The notes under the pieces are model-generated. The model was not told where the DNA came from. It made no database searches and was given only the letters and a program-made list of their open reading frames with translations. From Fictibacillus gelatini DSM 15865 (GTDB lineage Bacteria; Bacillota; Bacilli; Bacillales; Fictibacillaceae), in the NCBI RefSeq assembly GCF_000430745.1, contig NZ_AUMP01000047.1:1-18529 (forward strand): a stretch of 18,529 nt of DNA, written 5' to 3'. Both the position numbers and the translations under genes were made by a program. Positions within the stretch are counted from its first letter, which is position 1. Each line of letters opens with the position of its first letter. Of the stretch, positions 1 through 5,926 are shown in pieces.

Positions 1-43
1 CTTCACGTGGTGAAGTACCCCCCTTCACGTGGTGAAGTACCCC
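1..43. repeat. Two tandem 22-bp direct repeats (iteron-like), each with an internal CTTCAC-GTG-GTGAAG palindrome; the array may continue beyond the left edge
   Basis: cttcacgtggtgaagtacccc occurs at 1-21 and again at 23-43, a period of 22 bp. The repeats lie inside the RepA_N-like ORF and are read in two different frames (GVLHHVKG versus GTSPRE). Confidence 0.6.
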
Positions 44-460
44 TTTTTCCTCTTTATCCTCAAGGTTTTTATAATTCATTGCCTTTAATTCTTCAGTAAT
101 TTTTAAGATCGTGTATTTGTTGGAAAGATTTTGGTCACCAGTTTTTCTTATGGTTACCTTAATTAGTGCTTTCTCTTCAAGTTTCTTTAATGATGATCTC
201 ACTTTGTTTTCGCTACATACGGCGAGTTGCGCTAATCTTTTTATACTTGGCCACCCTTCTTTAGAGTTAAAATTAGCAAATCTCTTCAGAACGATATAAA
301 CCATTTTTTCATAAATATCACTAAAAATAAGTGAGTCAATAACAGCGTGTTCCAGAAATACAAAATTAACCTCGTTTTGATCTTCAACTTCTATGTGATC
401 GGGTTGATCTACAAATTCTATATTTCTTTTGGAACTTGTGATATAATTTTCTTCAGACAT
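1..460 (-). CDS. Partial winged-helix replication-initiator-like protein (RepA_N-like); 3' end lies beyond the left edge
   Basis: Absent from the ORF track because it has no stop in the window. ATG at 460 (complement of cat 458-460), open down to position 2. Hand translation: MSEENYITSSKRNIEFVDQPDHIEVEDQNEVNFVFLEHAVIDSLIFSDIYEKMVYIVLKRFANFNSKEGWPSIKRLAQLAVCSENKVRSSLKKLEEKALIKVTIRKTGDQNLSNKYTILKITEELKAMNYKNLEDKEEKGVLHHVKGGTSPRE... The stretch VYIVLKRF..GWPSIKRLAQLAVCSENKVRSSLKKLEEKALIKV..NKYTI fits the wHTH pattern of RepA_N/DnaD-type initiators. Track ORF 111..299(+) is its antisense shadow. Confidence 0.6.
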   Translation of the reverse strand, partial: MSEENYITSSKRNIEFVDQPDHIEVEDQNEVNFVFLEHAVIDSLIFSDIYEKMVYIVLKRFANFNSKEGWPSIKRLAQLAVCSENKVRSSLKKLEEKALIKVTIRKTGDQNLSNKYTILKITEELKAMNYKNLEDKEEKGVLHHVKGGTSPRE

Positions 461-514
461 TAAATTAGCCGTCCTTTCTTTTAGATTTCGTCGTCTAAAG
501 GGAGGGCTTTTTTT

Positions 515-697
515 TTACTTTTTTCCTCTCTCTTCAAGCCACTTAATAACTTCGCTTTTTTGATATCGGAGTGCTTTTCCACTTCCGATATGAGGCATTC
601 CTTCCTGACGCCAACGATAAGCTGTTGCTTTTCCAATTTTTAACCATTCACATAATTCGGATTGTGTTAATAGTTCTTCATCAAATTTTTCAACCAT
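515..697 (-). CDS. Small excisionase/MerR-superfamily HTH DNA-binding protein (HTH_17-like), 60 aa
   Basis: MVEKFDEELLTQSELCEWLKIGKATAYRWRQEGMPHIGSGKALRYQKSEVIKWLEERGKK. This matches the classic pattern LT..E.a..L.i...T.YrW...G.P.i..Gk..ry.k.ev..WLe. I chose ATG 697 because AAGGGAGGTG lies 6-7 nt upstream. The track start at 772 lies inside the predicted promoter. Confidence 0.8.
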   Translation of the reverse strand: MVEKFDEELLTQSELCEWLKIGKATAYRWRQEGMPHIGSGKALRYQKSEVIKWLEERGKK

Positions 698-750
698 TAA
701 TGCACCTCCCTTTTGATCTCTATTGATAACTAATGAACCCCACTGATTAC

Positions 751-779
751 ATTTTAGCTTCAATGGAAACAATTATCAA
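751..779 (-). promoter_or_regulatory. Sigma-A-type promoter for the HTH/rep operon
   Basis: On the minus strand: TTGATA (779..774), a 17-nt spacer, then TAAAAT (756..751), about 50 nt upstream of the ATG at 697. Confidence 0.5.
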
Positions 780-959
780 GGTTATTTGTGGAAAATAAGA
801 GGAAAGACCTACCACCTTTTTTTGAACATGACTAAATTCCTAAATTTCAGACACAGGAACATACGTTTCTATTATAACACTTTGGTTTAAATTTTAAAGG
901 ACAATGGCGCTCGGGAAAAGTACTATAATTTTCTAGTACCGAACTAGTGCTCGTCCAAT

Positions 960-1146
960 CAAACTCCCCACCCCCTCAACCTTTGAGGGGCACACTCGCC
1001 GTTTGGCGTTAAGGCGTGTCGGGAAAAAACGCCCTCCATCGCCTTTGGCTCTCCAGTGTTGGTGCAGTACCCACGCCGGGCGTCAACCCTAAAGGGTTCT
1101 CCACTGCGTTCCGACCTGCTGTCGCAGGTGACTGGCTGATTAGCGT
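960..1146. other. GC-rich (about 60% by hand count over 961-1140) hairpin-dense non-coding island; candidate single-strand origin (sso) or structured plasmid RNA
   Basis: Flanking DNA is AT-rich. Local hairpins: 972-990 (cccctcaa/ttgagggg), 997-1008 (cgcc/ggcg), 1013-1033 (ggcgt/acgcc), 1085-1098 (aaccc/gggtt) and 1114-1129 (acctgc/gcaggt). TAGCGT occurs at 1141-1146. The only ORF here (959..1204, minus) has no RBS and an atypical composition. Confidence 0.4.
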
Positions 1147-1365
1147 TCTTTCTTAAATAGGTTTTTGGCCGGATTTTAAAATAGGACAATTTAGCACATA
1201 CCATAATTTAACTGCTGAAAAATCAAAACTCATTTATCTTTAACTAAGCCTAAAATCTATTTAAAATAAGTTAAGACAAGCTATAATTAAATTGATTCTA
1301 TTTTCAATTCAGATCGTATGTGATTGAGTAAGAGTAAAAAACGATTGAGGGAAGATGGTGAAAAA

Positions 1366-2193
1366 ATGGACAATGGAAAATGGCGCCCTATTGGAGAAGT
1401 CGCAAAGCTTCATGACATTACCGTCCCCCGGCTTCGATTATGGTGTGATAAAGGTCTTGTTGAATATGATAAACGTTCCAACTCGCGCTATATTCCAGAC
1501 TACGAATGGAAAAAAATAGAGAAAATCAAAAAAATGTTTGACCAAGGTGAAAAAAATGGAACAAAAGTAACCTTTGATGATGTAAGAACGGAACTGGTGA
1601 AAGACCAATTGTTGGAACAAAAAGAGGAAGATCAGGAGCAAAAGAAAGCTGATCGGATGATGAAAATTGCTTTAGAGCGTATGTTAAACGACAGCATTAA
1701 GGCTTCCTTTGAAGAAATCGCCGCCGGGTTCATACAAATAAAAGAAAACATGTCGGAGATCCAAGAGCAGCTTAAAAATCCTCTTCATGTAGAAGATAAA
1801 CAGGCTCAAGCCCGATTCGATCAAGTGGATATGCAGCTAAAAGCGATGGCGAGCATGATTGAACGGTTAGAGAGGGAAAAAGAAGAGGAAGCGCGCCGCC
1901 GCAAAGCTGCAGAGGAGCGAATCCAAGAGTTAACCGATCTCTTTCGCACTTACGTTGAATCCAACTCCGCCCTGGGCAAGAAAAAAACATCCTCGGAAGA
2001 GGATGAAATGAAAGTTCAAGTGACCAAGATCATGCTACGGGATGAAGCCGAAAACCTTTGGCGGCAAAAGCCGGCCACCGAACGGCAGAAAAAATCCGGA
2101 TGGTTCGGAAAGGAAGAAGACCTAGAAAAGAAAGATCGGTTTATTGCCGATTACATTGAGGCGCATCTAAACAAACGTTTAAGAAACGAGTAA
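1366..2193 (+). CDS. MerR-type HTH protein with a long coiled-coil C-terminal region (RacA-like architecture)
   Basis: The N-terminus WRPIGEVAKLHDITVPRLRLWCDKGLVEYDKRSNSRYIPDYEWKKIEKIKKM fits the MerR HTH pattern (..iGevAkl.gvs...LR.w...GL......n..R.Y...d...i..Ik). The remainder is charged heptad-like sequence (EQKEEDQEQKKADRMMKIALERM...LEREKEEEARRRKAAEERIQEL). The start is uncertain: ATG 1366 is preferred and an in-frame TTG at 1324 is possible. Confidence 0.7.
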   Translation: MDNGKWRPIGEVAKLHDITVPRLRLWCDKGLVEYDKRSNSRYIPDYEWKKIEKIKKMFDQGEKNGTKVTFDDVRTELVKDQLLEQKEEDQEQKKADRMMKIALERMLNDSIKASFEEIAAGFIQIKENMSEIQEQLKNPLHVEDKQAQARFDQVDMQLKAMASMIERLEREKEEEARRRKAAEERIQELTDLFRTYVESNSALGKKKTSSEEDEMKVQVTKIMLRDEAENLWRQKPATERQKKSGWFGKEEDLEKKDRFIADYIEAHLNKRLRNE

Positions 2194-2226
2194 CTAGCAC
2201 TCTTAAGGGGGCCAGCAAAACGAGGA

Positions 2227-2967
2227 TTAGAATTTCCTTAATGTCTGGCGTTCCCCTTTTATGAATTCGATTAATCTTTCGTCCAGTTTCTCTAAATCGA
2301 AATACCGCTGAAATGAACTGGAGTAAATCCAATCAATTATCCGTTCTTTTGCAATGACTTTAATACATCCTTCAGAACAAGCTCTTTCCGTTTTCCCAGT
2401 AAATGGCCAATTGGGGCTGATTGTAAAATAATCGCCTCCGTCTTTGCTAGACATTTTCTTGGAACAGTTTCCGCAAGTAAATCCCCAGACTTTATTTATA
2501 TTGAACCTTTTTCTTTTGATATTCAAACCCTCAAAAGGAACTAGATACTTATCTTTGTTCTCAGGATCACTTAAAAAACGCCTACTCATATAATTGTCTT
2601 GATTCTCTTCCTCTATAAATTCATCCAAACCATTTAGTTTGATTGTTTTTAATAATTCATTTGCAATAAATTCCATTTGTTTTGTGCTTAGTAATGTTCC
2701 TTGTCCATTGTGAAAGGTTAAATATTCCTCGCCATTTTCACTCATCAAAATTGTCGGAACAATAGCGTTCATTCTCATGCCATCTACAAATTTTTGTAAT
2801 TCTGAAGGGGTGTATTCTGGTAAATGCTCCAATCTATGTTTTTTAATACAAGAAAGGCATACATGTATATATTTACCGAAGCTTTTTATATAAGAATTTG
2901 GACGTTCAATTGTTTTAGTTAAAGCATGCAAATGCCCGCAATAGGCGCACCATTTTGCTTTTTCCAT
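2227..2967 (-). CDS. Hypothetical protein with two Cys4 zinc-ribbon-like clusters, 246 aa
   Basis: ATG 2967 is preceded by AAGGAGG with a 6-nt spacer. N-terminal CAYCG...CLSC and C-terminal CGNC...CSEGC motifs are present. It lies 44 bp downstream of the 3012..3686 gene, so the two probably form an operon. I recognise no family. Confidence 0.75.
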   Translation of the reverse strand: MEKAKWCAYCGHLHALTKTIERPNSYIKSFGKYIHVCLSCIKKHRLEHLPEYTPSELQKFVDGMRMNAIVPTILMSENGEEYLTFHNGQGTLLSTKQMEFIANELLKTIKLNGLDEFIEEENQDNYMSRRFLSDPENKDKYLVPFEGLNIKRKRFNINKVWGFTCGNCSKKMSSKDGGDYFTISPNWPFTGKTERACSEGCIKVIAKERIIDWIYSSSFQRYFDLEKLDERLIEFIKGERQTLRKF

Positions 2968-3011
2968 AATTGTCCTCCTTATAGACTGACCAATCAAATA
3001 AAAGAGTGTCT

Positions 3012-3686
3012 TTAGCCTAAGCTGCTGTGATACAAAAAGGCCTCATCATGATACAGTAATTCATATAAACATAGCTCGATGTATAAGAAATCGGCGATGT
3101 TGTGCCAGTTTGCTTTCTCTTTCACATGCTGCACAATATAATGGGGCAGCGAGGTAAAGATTTTTTCCTGTTCATTCGTTTCGTATTTAGGAAAACGGTA
3201 ATTCATTCCCTTTAAAACCGCGTAAGAGATTAACCCATTGGCCGTGATAAAGTGCTTCTCGCAGTAGGTGAGCAGCTTCTCGTGACAGTCACGATTCAAA
3301 AAGATCAGCGCTTTTTCGCTTTCTGTCTCCCCATGCTTTCGTAAAAGAAAATGGTCATCGGGCAGCGTTTCCAATTGATCGGAAAGGATGTAGCCTAGCA
3401 TTTGATTACGGCTCATTTCGTACTGTTCCGCTAAATAAGTTAAGCGAATAATAAGGGATTCCGGCGCTTTGCACATAATCGACTTTTTTTCTAATATGTA
3501 TTTGTTTTCCAAGTTAATCATATCAACAACCGTTCGCTCTGTTTTCATGCAAAAAGGCAGTAAAAACAAGATTCCGGCGGGCTTGCTCAAGTTTAAATTG
3601 AACCTCAATTGATCGAGCCTTTCGTGTGCTTTCGCTGAAAGCCTCACTTCAAGGCTCCCTGTATTTCCTCGATTAATTTTTGGCAT
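3012..3686 (-). CDS. Hypothetical DNA-binding protein built from about four ribbon-helix-helix-like modules
   Basis: Four segments of about 50 aa each show a beta-strand/helix/helix pattern: SLEVRLSAKAHERLDQLRFNLNLSKPAGILFLL; SLIIRLTYLAEQYEMSRNQMLGYILSDQL; ALIFLNRDCHEKLLTYCEKHFITANGLISYAVLKG; KIFTSLPHYIVQHVKEKANWHNIADFLYIELCLYELL. RBS GGAGA lies 6 nt before ATG 3686. The module assignment is by eye only. Confidence 0.6.
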   Translation of the reverse strand: MPKINRGNTGSLEVRLSAKAHERLDQLRFNLNLSKPAGILFLLPFCMKTERTVVDMINLENKYILEKKSIMCKAPESLIIRLTYLAEQYEMSRNQMLGYILSDQLETLPDDHFLLRKHGETESEKALIFLNRDCHEKLLTYCEKHFITANGLISYAVLKGMNYRFPKYETNEQEKIFTSLPHYIVQHVKEKANWHNIADFLYIELCLYELLYHDEAFLYHSSLG

Positions 3687-3758
3687 GCTTGTTCTCCATT
3701 CTTTTTACTTTTATTTTTACAGCGAGCGAGCAAAAAAACAATGTTTAAAACCCACTTA

Positions 3759-3784
3759 ATTTTTGAATATTAATATTCAAAAAT
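3759..3784. promoter_or_regulatory. Perfect 26-bp palindromic operator ATTTTTGAATATTAATATTCAAAAAT between divergent operons
   Basis: The sequence equals its own reverse complement (checked base by base). It overlaps the -35 of the predicted plus-strand promoter. The same 18-bp core recurs three times at 5055-5137. Confidence 0.7.
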
Positions 3785-3804
3785 GGTCGTAGAAATGGTA
3801 TACT
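3776..3804 (+). promoter_or_regulatory. Promoter of the Zn-ribbon/SprT-like operon
   Basis: TTCAAA (3776-3781), a 17-nt spacer, then TATACT (3799-3804) preceded by TGG (extended -10-like). The GGAGG RBS and ATG 3852 lie downstream. Confidence 0.5.
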
Positions 3805-3851
3805 AATAGTAGGAAGATTCAGAGAACACAAGGGTTAAAGGAGGTTCAATT

Positions 3852-4256
3852 ATGATCTGTTCCTATTGCCGTTCGGATAATAAAGGGAATGTGCAGTGTG
3901 ATTTTTGCGGTGCGCCGTTGCGGCAGATACGGCCAAAAGTCAAAAATATGGTCACCCTTGACATGTGCGAGCTGCCGTTTGGCCAACTGATTACGTTTCA
4001 CACCTATGATCTCCTTCTTTTGCTGCGATTAGTCCGCCAAGAACGCACAAACGCGTATGACCTCATGAGAACGGTTCAGAAAGCCCCAGAAGACATTTTA
4101 ATCGATAAAGATACCTTAACCTTCGCAGAGGAACAATACCGCCTGTATACCAAACGTATGAAGGTCATTGAAGGCATTCTCATTGATCGGATGGGATACA
4201 AGCCTAAACGAGTAGATAACCAGTTATTGGCCAAACTCAAAAGCCGACTTGCTTAA
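3852..4256 (+). CDS. Hypothetical protein with an N-terminal zinc ribbon, 134 aa
   Basis: The protein begins MICSYCRSDNKGNVQCDFCGAPL (CxxC...CxxC). There is a strong RBS (AAAGGAGG). It is the first gene of an operon with the SprT-like gene. Confidence 0.8.
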   Translation: MICSYCRSDNKGNVQCDFCGAPLRQIRPKVKNMVTLDMCELPFGQLITFHTYDLLLLLRLVRQERTNAYDLMRTVQKAPEDILIDKDTLTFAEEQYRLYTKRMKVIEGILIDRMGYKPKRVDNQLLAKLKSRLA

Positions 4257-4320
4257 TGATCCGCCTTAAGGCGGGCTGACTTGCCTTTATGGCAATCATT
4301 CAATAATGGAGGAATCCACG

Positions 4321-4998
4321 ATGTCAAACATTCAAATGGCGATTGATGAACTGCATAAAGCGTTTCAAAAGTTAAATAAAGCCTTTTTTCATAATGAATT
4401 GCCGGAGCCTGCGATCACCATTCAATCGAGTGGAAAACGCAAAGCAATGGGTTGGTGCACGTCAAAAGAGGTTTGGAGCGATAAAGAGGGGAAAATCCGG
4501 AAATATGAACTTAATATCGCTGCCGAATTTCTCGATGTTGAATTCATGGAGACAATGGACACGATGCTTCATGAAATGGTTCACCTTTACAACGCCGTTA
4601 ACGGAGTAAAAGACACATCTAGAGGCGGAACGTATCATAATAAGCGCTTCAAAGAAGAAGCCGAACGCCGGGGCTTTTATTTTGAACATGATAAGCCTGA
4701 TGCAAAATACGGTTGGTACAATCCGAAACTAACGGATGAAACGAAAGAAAAAATCCGTAAACTAAAAATCAACGAAAGCGCCTTTTCCATCGCCCGCCGC
4801 GGTGTGATCGTCTCACCAGAGGAAGGAAAGGAAAGAGAAGAGGGAGAAAACGAAGGAGAGGAAAAAAAGCCCAAATCGTTTAAATGGGTTTGTCCCGAGT
4901 GTGGCCTAATCGTTCGATCAACGAAAGACAATATTTTTATTAAATGCGGGGAATGTGATCAAAAAATGGAAAAAGAAGAAAAAGAAATTGAAGATTAA
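4321..4998 (+). CDS. SprT-like zinc metalloprotease domain protein with a C-terminal zinc ribbon (ArdC-protease-like)
   Basis: MLHEMVHLYNAVNGVKDTSRGGTYHNKRFKEEAERRGF contains the HExxH motif and the SprT-like signature. The C-terminus has CPECG...CGECD. I chose ATG 4321 (GGAGGA 7 nt upstream) over the track start at 4306. Confidence 0.8.
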   Translation: MSNIQMAIDELHKAFQKLNKAFFHNELPEPAITIQSSGKRKAMGWCTSKEVWSDKEGKIRKYELNIAAEFLDVEFMETMDTMLHEMVHLYNAVNGVKDTSRGGTYHNKRFKEEAERRGFYFEHDKPDAKYGWYNPKLTDETKEKIRKLKINESAFSIARRGVIVSPEEGKEREEGENEGEEKKPKSFKWVCPECGLIVRSTKDNIFIKCGECDQKMEKEEKEIED

Positions 4999-5020
4999 TC
5001 TTCAATTTTTCACTTGCTCA

Positions 5021-5056
5021 AGCAGTTGAACATTCGGTTTCAATTGCTCTTTTTTT
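5021..5056 (+). terminator. Rho-independent terminator of the SprT-like operon
   Basis: Stem agcagttgaa (5021-5030) pairs with ttcaattgct (5039-5048) at 9 of 10 positions. The loop is 8 nt and is followed by cttttttt. Confidence 0.7.
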
Positions 5057-5137
5057 GAATATTGATATTCAACTCTCGAGTTCATTTTGAATATTAATTC
5101 TCAAAAACTCTTTTTCTTTCTGAATATTAATCTTCAA
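5055..5137. repeat. Three phased copies of the TTGAATATTAATATTCAA operator core
   Basis: The copies are 5055-5072 ttgaatattgatattcaa, 5087-5104 ttgaatattaattctcaa and 5120-5137 ctgaatattaatcttcaa. Start-to-start spacing is 32 and 33 bp (about 3 helical turns). Each copy has a T-run on its 5' side and an A-run on its 3' side, like the site at 3759-3784. Confidence 0.65.
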
Positions 5138-5161
5138 AAAATGAAGGGAGCATTCCCACCT

Positions 5162-5279
5162 ATTTTGCACTGCAAATGGGGGGAGAGCAAGCGCCCCCCA
5201 CCCCGATCAGCGAAGCTGATTACGGGGGGCAGAGATAAAACCGTCTGGCAGACGGTGTAAAAGCCTTGCTACGCAAGGT
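5162..5279. other. Candidate origin of transfer (oriT): GC-rich inverted repeats upstream of the mob operon
   Basis: Elements seen: IR ttgcactgcaa (5165-5175); G6 (5178-5183), C6 (5194-5199) and G6 (5224-5229) tracts; hairpins gatcagc/gctgat(t) (5205-5221), ccgtctg-g-cagacgg (5241-5255) and ccttgc/gcaagg (5264-5278). AAGCGCCCC at 5189-5197 resembles, from memory, the MOBQ nic core AAGTGCGCCCT. Confidence 0.4.
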
Positions 5280-5440
5280 CTGAAAAGATGGCAGATAGTT
5301 TAATAGTGTATGGCAAACTGTTTTGAATTTAGTTATATCAAGTATTTGAAGTATGGCAAAACAGGATTTAAGTCCTATTTACAGTTTATTACCAATTCCA
5401 TTAAACTAGGGTCATAGACAAAGGGAAGGAGGCGGAAAAT

Positions 5441-5926
5441 TTGGCAGTCAAAGTAAAGGACACGTTCCGAATTGATTCAAAAATTTTAAGCGAATTTAAA
5501 AAACTGTGTGATCAAAAGGAACAAAAATATTCCCATGTCGTTGAGCAGTTAATGGAAATGTACATTCAAAAAGATGGGGAAATGTTGCTCGAAGATTTAT
5601 TTGCCCCTCGGCTAGAGGACATGGTGAAACGAACAATTAGAAAAGAAATTGATCGGGTCGCTGCCATGATTAATGATGTCGATGTGGATGTGAAAGCAAA
5701 TCTCTATTCCATTCCGGCCATGTATGTAAAAAATACAAAAACCATAGAAAAGGTGATTACGAGCTTTTTTCAGCATCAATTAGTCCGGCAGGATGGATTT
5801 TCAACGGTAGATGGTTTCAGCCGTTCCGAAGGAGACGACATGTTGCAGCGTTTTAGACGATTAGCGCGAGAAGACATCAATCAACGGAAAAAAGAGAGAG
5901 CCAAAAAGCGAGATGATGAATTGTAA
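5441..5926 (+). CDS. Ribbon-helix-helix relaxosome accessory protein (putative)
   Basis: TTG start at 5441 with GGAGG (5428-5432) 8 nt upstream. The N-terminus DTFRIDSKILSEFKKLCDQKEQKYSHVVEQLMEMYI fits an RHH. Its stop overlaps the relaxase start (TAATG at 5924-5928). Confidence 0.7.
   Translation: MAVKVKDTFRIDSKILSEFKKLCDQKEQKYSHVVEQLMEMYIQKDGEMLLEDLFAPRLEDMVKRTIRKEIDRVAAMINDVDVDVKANLYSIPAMYVKNTKTIEKVITSFFQHQLVRQDGFSTVDGFSRSEGDDMLQRFRRLAREDINQRKKERAKKRDDEL

Noticed and set aside
111-299. 62-aa plus-strand ORF at the left end
   Set aside because: It is the antisense shadow of the much longer RepA_N-like ORF on the minus strand (1..460), and it has no RBS.
959-1204. 81-aa minus-strand ORF across the GC-rich island
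   Set aside because: It has no SD upstream of the ATG. The composition is driven by hairpin-forming GC-rich repeats, and the residue content (Arg/Gly/Pro/Cys-rich) is unlike the neighbouring genes. The region is better explained as structured non-coding DNA or RNA.
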